A stretch of 64,000 bases of DNA, from assembly GCA_035531615.1 (NCBI GenBank), contig DATKSQ010000106.1, positions 5,389-69,388 of the forward strand. Reading direction: 5' to 3'. The notes below the pieces were generated by a model. It made no database searches and was not told the DNA's origin. It saw nothing but the letters and a program-made list of their open reading frames with translations. A program made the translations under genes and the position numbers. Below, piece after piece: positions 53,371-62,586 of this stretch; positions within the stretch are counted from its first letter, which is position 1, and every line of letters starts with the position of its first letter. Source of the stretch: Candidatus Binataceae bacterium (GTDB lineage Bacteria; Desulfobacterota; Binatia; Binatales; Binataceae).

Positions 53371-53769
53371 TCATTTCCCGAAGACAGAGGTTACCAGTTC
53401 GGTGTCGAGATACTCAGTAACCTCGCGAATCTTGCCGTCCGAGATTTTGAATATCTGGCAATAGGTATTGTCGTAGCGCTTGCCGTTCTTGGCGAGCGAG
53501 CGCCCGCGCGACTGCATCGCCACGAACTCGCCTTCGGCGATCAGATTTTCCGGCGTGATCACCAACCCTTCTTTCAGCTCCGCGGCGAGCGGTCCCAACA
53601 GCTTCTCGGCAAGCTCCTGCTTGCCGCGAAACACGCCCGAGTACTTGGACGAGCCGATCAGCGTGAACCGGACATCGTCGGCCATCGCGGCCATGAACCC
53701 CTGCGCGTCTCCCTTGGCCAGCTCGGCGAACATCTTTCGAACCATTTCCTTGTTCCCTGATGCGTCCAT
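53371..53769 (-). CDS. SnoaL-like / NTF2-fold protein (ketosteroid isomerase-like)
   Basis: 132 aa. MVRKMFAELAKGDAQGFMAAMADDVRF...YCQIFKISDGKIREVTEYLDT. Confidence 0.75.
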   Translation of the reverse strand: MDASGNKEMVRKMFAELAKGDAQGFMAAMADDVRFTLIGSSKYSGVFRGKQELAEKLLGPLAAELKEGLVITPENLIAEGEFVAMQSRGRSLAKNGKRYDNTYCQIFKISDGKIREVTEYLDTELVTSVFGK

Positions 53770-53816
53770 AACTGCTTCCTCCTCGATGCTTTAGTTTGTC
53801 CAATGCGGCGCCCGGA

Positions 53817-54602
53817 TCACACCGATCGCACCAGGCCACCATCTATTCTTATGAGCGATCCCGTTACGTACGCCGCCAGCGGACTGGACAGGAACGCGGC
53901 GACGGCGCCGAACTCCTGGATAGTTCCGAGGCGGCCGACTGGAATGGTCTGCGCGGTCCGGCGCTCGGCTTCTTCGACGGAGATTTTCTGGCGTTCCGCC
54001 GCGGCGCGGGTTAGCTGAATCGAGCGGTCGGTCGCGATCACTCCGGGCAGCAGCATGTTCACCGTGATTCCGTCGCGCGCGGTCTCGGTCGCGAGCGTCT
54101 TGGCCCATCCGACGATCGCGCTGCGCAGCGTATTCGATACGCCGATTCCGGCAATCGGCTCGATAACGCTGTACGACGCAACGTTGAGCACGCGGCCCCA
54201 CTTGCGCGCGCGCATCTCCGGCAGCACCAGATCGGTGATCCGGAATATCGCGAGCACCATCGCGTGAAACTGGCTTTCCCAGACTTCGGGCTTTACTCCG
54301 GCCGCGCCCGACGGGGGCGGACCGCCCGAGTTGTTTACCAGAATATCGATAGGCCCGAGCTGCGCGCGCGCCGCGCCGACCGCGCGCTCGACGCTCGGCC
54401 AGTCCGCAAGGTCGCCGGCGACTGCGATCGCGCGGCCGCCGCGTCCGGTGATTTCAGCGGCGGCGCGATCCAGCGTCTCCTTGGTGCGCGCGACCATCGC
54501 GACCGCGACGCCTTCCGCGGCGAGCGCATCGGCGATTCCGCGGCCGATTCCCTTGCTGCCGCCGAAGATCAGCGCGCTCTTTCCGTTCAGTTTAAGATCC
54601 AT
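53817..54602 (-). CDS. SDR family oxidoreductase
   Basis: ALIFGGSKGIGRGIA (TGxxxGIG), NNSGG, and the S...YxxxK region (ASYSVIEP...SNTLRSA is non-canonical in spacing). Confidence 0.8.
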   Translation of the reverse strand: MDLKLNGKSALIFGGSKGIGRGIADALAAEGVAVAMVARTKETLDRAAAEITGRGGRAIAVAGDLADWPSVERAVGAARAQLGPIDILVNNSGGPPPSGAAGVKPEVWESQFHAMVLAIFRITDLVLPEMRARKWGRVLNVASYSVIEPIAGIGVSNTLRSAIVGWAKTLATETARDGITVNMLLPGVIATDRSIQLTRAAAERQKISVEEAERRTAQTIPVGRLGTIQEFGAVAAFLSSPLAAYVTGSLIRIDGGLVRSV

Positions 54603-54860
54603 ATAGTCATTCCTGTCCTATTTGATATCGGGCGACTCGGCGGCGCCGCGTAACCTTGCGCTGCGGCGATATCAGCAGCTCATCCGCCAGACGGGCTGGC
54701 TGGTTCGCTCCCCGGCAGTGCGGATGATCGCCACCCCTGATAGGTATCATTGTGCGGGGCGATCTTGCCACGCCTGGATTTGAGCGCGCTTTGGTCCTTA
54801 AGCAGGTCCCCTGACGGGGCGGCACGATGGATACCGAGTAACTATTCATCAACTTCCGCG

Positions 54861-56048
54861 CTATAGCGCCTGGCCGGCGCACCATCCGCTCGACCACGCC
54901 CACTGAAAGTTATATCCGCCGAGCCATCCGGTGACATCCACGGCTTCGCCAATGCAGTAGAGCCCCGGCACCTCGCGCGCTTCCATGGTTTTGGAAGACA
55001 GGCCGGCGGTGTCGATACCGCCGACGGTTACTTCGGCCTTCTCCCAGCCCTCGGTCTCGGCAGGACTCACCGGCCAGCGCTTGAGACGCCCGGCGATTTC
55101 GGCGATCGCGCGGTCTGGCAGATTCGCGATCGGTCCCTCGAGCGCGCCCGCCGCGGCAATCGAATCCGCCAGCCGCCCCGGCAGAACCTCGGCGAGGACG
55201 GTCTTCAGTTCGGCGCGGGGGCGCGTGCGCTTGCGGTCGAGCAGAAAGCGGCTTGCGTCGTGCGCCGGAAGCAAATCGAGCCAGAGCGTTTCGCCCGGCC
55301 GCCAGTAGGACGAGATTTGCAAAATCGCCGGCCCGGACAACCCGCGATGCGTGAACAGGAGGTTCTCGCGAAACCGCGTGCGTCCACAGGAAGCGATCGC
55401 CTCGATCGAAACCCCGCTCAGCGCGCGGCACATCTTCAGCGTGTCGCCTTCTACGCGCAGCGGCGCCAGGCCGGGCCGCGGCTCTGCGATCCGAAGGCCG
55501 AATCGGCGCGCGGCGTCATAAGCAAATCCGCTCGCGCCCATTTTCGGAATCGACAGGCCGCCGGTGGCGAGCACCAGCGCCGGCGCGGAAAATATCGCGC
55601 GATCGGTTTGAACCTCGAACCGCCCCGAACGTGTGATTGCGCCGACGCGGCATCCCAGACGCATCTCGACGCCGGATGCGGCGCACTCCTCGAGCAGCAT
55701 CGCGACAATCTCGCGCGCGGAACCGTCGCAGAACAACTGGCCCAGGGTTTTCTCGTGATACGCGATTCGATGCCGCTCGACCATCGCGATGAAATCGTGC
55801 TGCGTATAGCGGCTCAGCGCCGAGCGGCAGAAGCGCGGATTATCGGACAGAAAGCGCTCGGCCGTGACCTCGAGGTTGGTGAAGTTGCAGCGGCCTCCGC
55901 CCGAGATGAGAATCTTCGCGCCGGCGCGCTGGCCCGACTCGAGCAGCAGAACCTTTTTGCCGCGCTGCCCGGCGGTCATCGCGCACATCATTCCGGCCGC
56001 TCCGGCGCCCACGATGATCGCGTCGAAGCTGCGCATCCGTTCGCTCAT
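54861..56048 (-). CDS. BaiN/RdsA (HI0933-like) NAD(P)/FAD-dependent oxidoreductase
   Basis: FDAIIVGAGAAGMMCA...KILISGGGRCNFTN...GGYNFQWAWSSG are hallmark blocks. Confidence 0.85.
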   Translation of the reverse strand: MSERMRSFDAIIVGAGAAGMMCAMTAGQRGKKVLLLESGQRAGAKILISGGGRCNFTNLEVTAERFLSDNPRFCRSALSRYTQHDFIAMVERHRIAYHEKTLGQLFCDGSAREIVAMLLEECAASGVEMRLGCRVGAITRSGRFEVQTDRAIFSAPALVLATGGLSIPKMGASGFAYDAARRFGLRIAEPRPGLAPLRVEGDTLKMCRALSGVSIEAIASCGRTRFRENLLFTHRGLSGPAILQISSYWRPGETLWLDLLPAHDASRFLLDRKRTRPRAELKTVLAEVLPGRLADSIAAAGALEGPIANLPDRAIAEIAGRLKRWPVSPAETEGWEKAEVTVGGIDTAGLSSKTMEAREVPGLYCIGEAVDVTGWLGGYNFQWAWSSGWCAGQAL

Positions 56049-56171
56049 CGTCGTCCCATTTACCGCGACCGGATGATCCGGCGGCGGCGCGCGCCGCGTG
56101 CGGATTGGGTTGACGAACCGGGCATCGGCAATCTAATCCTTGCGGATACCCGCCGGGGAGGTGGAATCGAT

Positions 56172-56633
56172 ATGGATATCGGCGAACTGGCGAAACGGAT
56201 CACGATTCTCGAGGATATCGAGGCGATCAAAAAACTCAAGGCGCGATATTGCGCGATCTGCGACGACGATCACAATCCCGACCAGATCGTGACGCTATTC
56301 GCCGAGCAGGGTATCTGGGAAGGCGCGGGGGTGGGAGTCAACCAGGGCCACGCGGCGATTCGCAAGCTGTTCGAGGGCTTCCGCGACCGGATTAGCTTTT
56401 CGCAGCATAACGTGATGAATCCGATCATCGAGGTCAACGGCGATCACGCCACCGGGATTTGGTATTTTCTCGGGCCATTCACGATGCGCAAGGGAAATCG
56501 TCCGATGTGGCTCGGCGCGCGCTACGAGGACGATTATGTAAAGATCAACGGGCAGTGGAAATTCGAGCATCTTCGCGCCATCGGCAGGATGGCGGCGCCT
56601 TACGATAAGGGCTGGGCGAAAACCCCCGCCTGA
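56172..56633 (+). CDS. SnoaL-like / NTF2-fold protein
   Basis: Only the last 153 codons of track ORF 55260..56633 look real. The ATG at 56172 follows ggggaggtgg. ILEDIEAIKKLKARYCAICDD...NGQWKFEHL. Confidence 0.75.
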   Translation: MDIGELAKRITILEDIEAIKKLKARYCAICDDDHNPDQIVTLFAEQGIWEGAGVGVNQGHAAIRKLFEGFRDRISFSQHNVMNPIIEVNGDHATGIWYFLGPFTMRKGNRPMWLGARYEDDYVKINGQWKFEHLRAIGRMAAPYDKGWAKTPA

Positions 56634-56750
56634 GCGCCGGCGCTGGTTCGCACGGCGGATGTACGCCAGACGCGATACGCTGCCGGCGCCAGCGGCATGT
56701 CGAAGTTAGCCGCGATCCTGTTGCGCGGGAACCAGGGTCGTAAAACTCCG

Positions 56751-57647
56751 CTATATAGTGTCCGACACGCCGGGGATGAAGAGCGGCTCCATCGCATAGG
56801 TTGCCACGTCGGCTTCCATCGCGGCGCGCGACGGGGCCACTATCGCCTCGCTCGCGGCGTCAAGAATATCGCGCAGGATCGTCGCGTCACTCGAGCTATT
56901 GAGGAACAGGCCCGGACGGCTCAGCGTAAAATGCACCGCGCGGCGGATCGCGTCGCGCTCGCGCAGAGGCTGATACCAACTATACTTCCGCTCCTGCGGA
57001 ATTTGCGGATCTTTGGAGTCCTGCCAACGCCGCCGCGCCGCAGACTTGATAGTCTGGGTTGCGACTCCACGTTCCCGGCAAATCCCGATCAGTGCCTCCG
57101 CATCGGCCGCGTACTGGGCGATACTCAGCATCGTGAAGTTATACGGAAATAGCACCGAGTCGAACGGGAACCGCTCGAGGCTCCGGCGATGCATCGCAGC
57201 GACCCGCGTTCCATGCCCCGTCACGCCGATGAATCGCACCAGCCCCTGCGCGCGCGCCTCGGCCAGCGCCTCGAGCGCGCCGCCGGCTCCCAGCGCGGTG
57301 TCCCATTCCTTTTCATCGACGAGATTGTGCATCTGGATCAAATCAAGGCTGTCCACGCGCAGCCGCTCGAGCGAGCGATGCAGGCTCGCACGCGCGCCGG
57401 CGAATGTGCGATCGCCGGTCTTGCTCGCCAGGAAGAAACGTTTGCGATGCTCGCGCATCCAGGGGCCAATCCTTAGCTCGGACTCGCCGTACGACGCGGC
57501 GGTATCGATATGGTTAACGCCGTACTCGAGCAGGGTCTCGAGCACCGCGTCGGCTTTCGCCTGATTCATCGCGCCGAGCGCGGCCGCGCCGAAAATAATC
57601 CGGGTGCTCTGATGACCAGTGTTTCCGAACGCGATTTTTTCGATCAT
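56751..57647 (-). CDS. aldo/keto reductase
   Basis: GNTGHQSTRIIFGAAALG...HIDTAASYGESE...DLIQMHNL...RFIGVTGH. Confidence 0.8.
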   Translation of the reverse strand: MIEKIAFGNTGHQSTRIIFGAAALGAMNQAKADAVLETLLEYGVNHIDTAASYGESELRIGPWMREHRKRFFLASKTGDRTFAGARASLHRSLERLRVDSLDLIQMHNLVDEKEWDTALGAGGALEALAEARAQGLVRFIGVTGHGTRVAAMHRRSLERFPFDSVLFPYNFTMLSIAQYAADAEALIGICRERGVATQTIKSAARRRWQDSKDPQIPQERKYSWYQPLRERDAIRRAVHFTLSRPGLFLNSSSDATILRDILDAASEAIVAPSRAAMEADVATYAMEPLFIPGVSDTI

Positions 57648-57767
57648 GCTTCACCTCCGCGGCGCCAGGGTATCGAGATCTCGATCTAGCACAATCGTAT
57701 CGGCCGTCTAAGCCGGCGCGCCGCCGTAACCGCACCGTCCGAGTTGATTTCGACGGCTTCACAGTTC

Positions 57768-57817
57768 CCAATGAAAACTGGCGCGGCCCCAAGGACCGCG
57801 CCAGTTCATTTTCATTT
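57768..57817 (-). terminator. hairpin terminator (potentially bidirectional) downstream of the aldehyde dehydrogenase gene
   Basis: ctggcgcgg-ccccaagga-ccgcgccag is a 9-bp stem flanked by aaaa on the left and ttcattttcattt on the right. It lies about 40 nt past the stop at 57847. Confidence 0.55.
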
Positions 57818-57846
57818 GAGCGAATCGTCGGCAGGCTCGGCCGCGG

Positions 57847-59262
57847 TTAGTTCCGTGCGACGTTCACCACCTGAATCTCGGTGAAGCCGAGCAGTCCCCA
57901 AGTCCCGTTCTCGACGCCGATTCCCGACCACTTCGCGCCGCCGAAGGGCAGATTTGGCGCGATCGCGAGATGCTGATTGACCCACGCCGATCCGCACTCG
58001 AGTTGCGCGGCGACTTCGGCGCCCCGCTCGGCGTCCTTCGACCACACCGAGCCGCTCAGTCCGTAGTTGGTCGAATTCGCGCGCCGGACCGCGTCGTCCA
58101 CATCTTTGTACGCAATGATCGGCAGCGCCGGTCCGAACTGCTCCTCGTCAACCAGGCGCACGCCGTCCGAGATTCCGCCGACGATGGTCGGCTGGAAGAA
58201 GTAGCCTTCGCCGCTCTGGCGCGAGCCGCCCGTAATGATCTTCGCGCCGTGCTTCTTCGCGTCTTCAACTAACTCGGTCACGCGCTCGAATTGCGGCTTG
58301 TTGTTGATCGGTCCGAGTTCCGTCCCGGCGTCAAGGCCGTTGCCGACTTTCACGTTCTTCGCGAGATCGCCCAGCTTCTCGAGCATCGCCGAGTACATCG
58401 CCTCGGGCACATAGACCCGTTTGATCGCGCTGCAAATCTGGCCGCTGTTCTCGAATGCGCCCCAGAAAATCTTCGGCGCGACATCGGCCAGATCCACGTC
58501 CGACAGCACGATCGCCGCGTCGTTACCGCCCAGTTCGAGCGTGAAGCGCTTCAAGTCCGGCGCGGCCGCGGCCGCGACTTTCTTGCCGGTCTCGACCGAG
58601 CCGGTGAAAGAAATCTTGCGCGGCGCCGGATGGCTGGTCATCCACGATCCCAACTCGTCGCCGCCCGACACCACGTTGAGCACTCCCGGCGGAAGCACGT
58701 CGCGCAGAATCTCGCCGAGCATCAGCGACGTGATCGGCGTGTACGGCGAGGGTTTCAGCACTATCGTGTTGCCCGCCAGCAGCGCCGGTGCGATTTTCCA
58801 CATCGCGAGCATCAGCGGGTAATTCCACGGCGTGATCGCCGCCACCACTCCTACCGGCTTGCGCCGAATTTCGATCTTTCCAGCGGCGTTGTCCTGGATC
58901 ACCTCGTTGGGCATCTCGAGACTCGCGGTGTATGACGCCCAGATCGACGCGCCCATGATCTCCTGCTGCGCCTTGGCGAGCGGCTTGCCCTGTTCCTGCG
59001 TCAGCGTCCGCGCGAGGCCCTCGGGCGGAGACTGGAGCGCGGCGGCAACCTCGCCGAGCAGCTTGCGGCGCGCATTTATATCCTTGCTCCAACTGCCAAA
59101 GGCGCGATGCGCGGACTCCATCGCCTGATCGAGTTCGGCCTTTGTGCAATCGGGGACCTGCGCGAAGACCTTGCCGGTGGCGGGATTGATCACCCCGACC
59201 GATTTTGTACCCTTAACCGACTTGCCGTCGATTGTCATCGTGTAATCGGACATCAGTTTCAC
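57847..59262 (-). CDS. NAD(P)-dependent aldehyde dehydrogenase
   Basis: FTGSVETGKKV, LELGGNDA (catalytic Glu) and FENSGQICSAIKR (catalytic Cys). 471 aa. Confidence 0.9.
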   Translation of the reverse strand: MKLMSDYTMTIDGKSVKGTKSVGVINPATGKVFAQVPDCTKAELDQAMESAHRAFGSWSKDINARRKLLGEVAAALQSPPEGLARTLTQEQGKPLAKAQQEIMGASIWASYTASLEMPNEVIQDNAAGKIEIRRKPVGVVAAITPWNYPLMLAMWKIAPALLAGNTIVLKPSPYTPITSLMLGEILRDVLPPGVLNVVSGGDELGSWMTSHPAPRKISFTGSVETGKKVAAAAAPDLKRFTLELGGNDAAIVLSDVDLADVAPKIFWGAFENSGQICSAIKRVYVPEAMYSAMLEKLGDLAKNVKVGNGLDAGTELGPINNKPQFERVTELVEDAKKHGAKIITGGSRQSGEGYFFQPTIVGGISDGVRLVDEEQFGPALPIIAYKDVDDAVRRANSTNYGLSGSVWSKDAERGAEVAAQLECGSAWVNQHLAIAPNLPFGGAKWSGIGVENGTWGLLGFTEIQVVNVARN

Positions 59263-59409
59263 CTCTTGATACGGATACTCGAAGCGGACGCGCCGGCTGG
59301 CGCTTGATCGTCAACTACAATGGCGCGCGGCCCCAGCGCAAGGAGTGCGGGCGGCGCCGATCCGGCGCATAATCGCGGATGGCCGCCGTATCCCGATGAG
59401 GCGCACTCG

Positions 59410-60852
59410 ATGAACCCGCGCTCGGAACTCACGATGCTCGATGCGGTCGCGCTCGCGGGCGCGATCAAGTCGCGAAGCGTCTCGTGCGCCGAAGTGATGA
59501 GCGCATACCTCGATCGAATCGAAGCGCTCAATCCCGCCGTCAATGCGATCGTTTCGCTGCGCCCGCGCCAGGCGCTGCTCGCCGAGGCGCGCCGCCGCGA
59601 CGAGGAGCTTGCGCGCGGCGTTTCGCGCGGCCCGCTGCACGGCTTTCCGCACGCGATCAAAGATCTCGAAGCGACCGCAGGAATCCGCACCACGATGGGC
59701 TCGCCGATACTCAAGGATTTCGTTCCGCAAAGCGACTCGATTCTGGTCGAGCGGATAAAGCGCGCCGGTGCGATCATCATCGGCAAGACCAATGTGCCCG
59801 AGTTCGGTCTCGGCTCGCACACCTACAATCCGGTATTCGGCACGACGCTCAATGCCTATGATCAATCGAAGACCGCCGGCGGTTCGAGCGGTGGCGCCGC
59901 AGTCGCGCTCGCGCTCAGGATGATCCCGCTAGCCGACGGGAGCGATCACGCCGGCTCGCTCAGAAATCCCGCCGCATTCAACAACGTCTTCGGATTCCGC
60001 ACCGCGTTCGGGCGCGTGCCGTCGGATTTTCGAGAAGTCTTCATGCCCGCGCTCTCGGTGCACGGCCCGATGGCGCGCACCGTTCCCGACCTGGCGATGC
60101 TGCTCGAGGTGATCGCGGGCTACGACGCGCGCACCCCGCTTTCGATTCGCGAGGATCCCGCCCGCTTCGCGGGTTCGCTCGCCCGCGACTTCAAAGGCGC
60201 GCGGATCGCGTGGGGCGGCGACTTGGGCGGATATCTCCCCTTCGATCCCGGCGTGCTCGAGGTGTGCCGCGCCGCGCTGGCGGCATTCCAGTCCCTTGGA
60301 TGTATCGTGGATGAAGCCGCGCCCGACTATCGGCTCGAACGCGTGTGGCAGAGCTGGCTCGTATTGCGCGCATGGCAGGTCGGCGCGAAGCTCAAGCAGT
60401 ATTATCTCGATCCGGCGCGGCGCGTGCTGCTCAAGCCCGAGGTCCGGTGGGAGATCGAAAACGGTCTCCGCGCCAGCGCCTACGATATCGCCGACGCGTC
60501 GGCGGTGCGCAGCGAATGGTATCAGGCGATGCGCGCGATATTCGAGAAGTATGATTTCTTCATACTGCCGTCGGCGCAGGTCTTTCCGTTCGACGCCGCG
60601 ATCGATTGGCCCAAGACCGTCGGCGGCAGGGCGATGGACACCTATCATCGATGGATGGAAGTGATGATCCCGGTCACGATGTCGGGATGCCCGGCGCTGA
60701 ACGTGCCCGCCGGCTTCAACTCCGCCGGGTTGCCGATGGGCATCCAGATCGTCGCGCCGAATCATTGCGAATTCGCCTGCATGCAGCTCGCGCACGCTTA
60801 CGATCAGGCGACGCGATGGGTCCAGAGGCGGCCTCCGCCGCTGCTCGGTTGA
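59410..60852 (+). CDS. amidase (amidase-signature family)
   Basis: Trimmed to the ATG at 59410. GFPHAIKDL (Lys) and GGSSGGAAVALA (Ser-cisSer-Lys signature). Confidence 0.88.
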   Translation: MNPRSELTMLDAVALAGAIKSRSVSCAEVMSAYLDRIEALNPAVNAIVSLRPRQALLAEARRRDEELARGVSRGPLHGFPHAIKDLEATAGIRTTMGSPILKDFVPQSDSILVERIKRAGAIIIGKTNVPEFGLGSHTYNPVFGTTLNAYDQSKTAGGSSGGAAVALALRMIPLADGSDHAGSLRNPAAFNNVFGFRTAFGRVPSDFREVFMPALSVHGPMARTVPDLAMLLEVIAGYDARTPLSIREDPARFAGSLARDFKGARIAWGGDLGGYLPFDPGVLEVCRAALAAFQSLGCIVDEAAPDYRLERVWQSWLVLRAWQVGAKLKQYYLDPARRVLLKPEVRWEIENGLRASAYDIADASAVRSEWYQAMRAIFEKYDFFILPSAQVFPFDAAIDWPKTVGGRAMDTYHRWMEVMIPVTMSGCPALNVPAGFNSAGLPMGIQIVAPNHCEFACMQLAHAYDQATRWVQRRPPPLLG

Positions 60853-61041
60853 CGCGCATCCTTCAGTAGCCGGCCGACGAGCCGTCGGCCGGCACTGACA
60901 GAAGGAAGCAATATGCCAGTGGGTGCGGACGGCTCGTCCGCCCGCCCTCGCAAGCAATCTCGAGTCCTTCAAGAAGATACCGGCTCGTCAACCCAGCTTC
61001 TTAGAAGGACCGGCGGTCTGCCGGTTTCCCTTCGCCGGTCG

Positions 61042-62454
61042 TCACCGCGCGCGCGTGAAATGATCCGCCAGCACGTGCGCGACCGCGGCGCTCAGCCGCT
61101 TCGCGGTCGGGATATGCAGAAACTCGTTGGGGCCGTGTGCGTTCGCGCCCGGCCCGAGCACGCCGGTGATCAGAAATTGCGCCGCCGGAAATCGCTCACC
61201 CAGCATCGCCATGAACGGGATCGTCCCGCCCTCGCCCATGTGGGCCACAGGCTTGCCGAAGTGCGCACGCGACGCCGCGTCGAGCGATCGCTCGAGCCAC
61301 GGCGCAATCGCGGGCGCGTTCCATCCGGTCGCGGCCCAGTTCGGCTCGAAGCTGACGATAGCGCCATACGGCGGATCATCTTCCATCAGGTGTTTGAGCG
61401 CGCGCGAGGCCGCCTCGGCGTCGCAGGTCGGCGGCAGCCGCAGCGAGAGCTTCAGCGAAGTCCAGGGACGCAGCACGTTGCCGGCGTTGGCGGCGGGCGG
61501 AAGTCCGTCGGCCCCGATAATAGTCAGAGCAGGCCGCCAGGTGCGGTTGAGGATCAGCTCGGCCGAATCGCCGCTCTGGGCGCGGGTGTTTCCCGCCAGC
61601 GGAAATTTTTTGTGGATGCTCTCGCCGAGAATCGGCGCGGCGGCGCGCGCCTGCTCGATTCGCGCCGCCGGAATCTCGCTGTGAAAGCCGCGCGGCAGAA
61701 TCGCGCCGGTCTTTTCATCTTCAAGCCGGCTGAGAATCGTCCGCGCGATTCTGAAACTGCACGGCACCACTCCGCCCGCGTCGCCCGAATGCATCCCTTC
61801 GGTCAGCACCCGCACGGTCAGGGTTCCACCGACGAGGCCGCGCAGCGAAGTGGTGGACCATAGCTGCTCGTAATTGCCGCATCCGGAATCGAGCGCGACG
61901 ATCAGGCTCGGCTGCCCGATTCGCGCCGCCAGATGCTCGATATAGTGCGGCAGATCGAAACTGCCGCTCTCTTCGCACGCCTCGATAATCACGATCATCC
62001 GCGCGTGCGCAATCTTTTGCGCGCGTAGCGCAGCGATCGCGCCCAGGCACGCGAACATCGCGTAACCGTCGTCGGCGCCGCCGCGTCCGTACAAGCGATC
62101 GTTCTCGATTACCGGCGTCCACGGGTCGAGCCCCGCGCGCCATCCCGCCATCTCGGGCTGCTTGTCCATATGCCCGTAGAGCAAAACCGTGTCGTCCGAA
62201 GCGCCGGGAATCTCGATGAACAGCACGGGAGTCCGATCGCCCAGGCACACGACCTCGAGGCGCAGCCCGGCGAGCTCGCGTCCGAGCGCCCATTTGCGAA
62301 ACCGCTCGACGACGCGATCCATATGCCCGTGCGCTTTCCATTCAGGATCGAACGCCACCGACTTGTTCGGAATCCTGATGTATTCCTGAAGCTCGGGAAT
62401 CGCCGATTCATCCCATAGCTTCGCGAGAAAGGCCGCCGTCGTTTTCGGGTCCAT
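61042..62454 (-). CDS. M20-family metallopeptidase / dipeptidase
   Basis: VLLYGHMDKQP, RLYGRGGADDGY and IEACEESGS are metal-ligand blocks of M20 peptidases. 470 aa. Confidence 0.85.
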   Translation of the reverse strand: MDPKTTAAFLAKLWDESAIPELQEYIRIPNKSVAFDPEWKAHGHMDRVVERFRKWALGRELAGLRLEVVCLGDRTPVLFIEIPGASDDTVLLYGHMDKQPEMAGWRAGLDPWTPVIENDRLYGRGGADDGYAMFACLGAIAALRAQKIAHARMIVIIEACEESGSFDLPHYIEHLAARIGQPSLIVALDSGCGNYEQLWSTTSLRGLVGGTLTVRVLTEGMHSGDAGGVVPCSFRIARTILSRLEDEKTGAILPRGFHSEIPAARIEQARAAAPILGESIHKKFPLAGNTRAQSGDSAELILNRTWRPALTIIGADGLPPAANAGNVLRPWTSLKLSLRLPPTCDAEAASRALKHLMEDDPPYGAIVSFEPNWAATGWNAPAIAPWLERSLDAASRAHFGKPVAHMGEGGTIPFMAMLGERFPAAQFLITGVLGPGANAHGPNEFLHIPTAKRLSAAVAHVLADHFTRAR

Positions 62455-62586
62455 GCCGAAAGGCTACGCGAACTCCCGCGGATCACGCAAAACGTTTTCG
62501 CACCGCGCGCCGGTCCCGATGCGTTTGTGGCGCTCGGCCCAATTCTGCGACAATCGCGCATCCATCCACCCCGAGGGGAAGCGTCC

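Noticed and set aside
60869-60893. A 10-bp GC hairpin (gccggccgac-gagcc-gtcggccggc) between the convergent amidase and M20 peptidase genes, considered as a terminator.
   Set aside because: No U-tract on either strand. It could be a rho-dependent or structural element, but it is not supportable as an intrinsic terminator.
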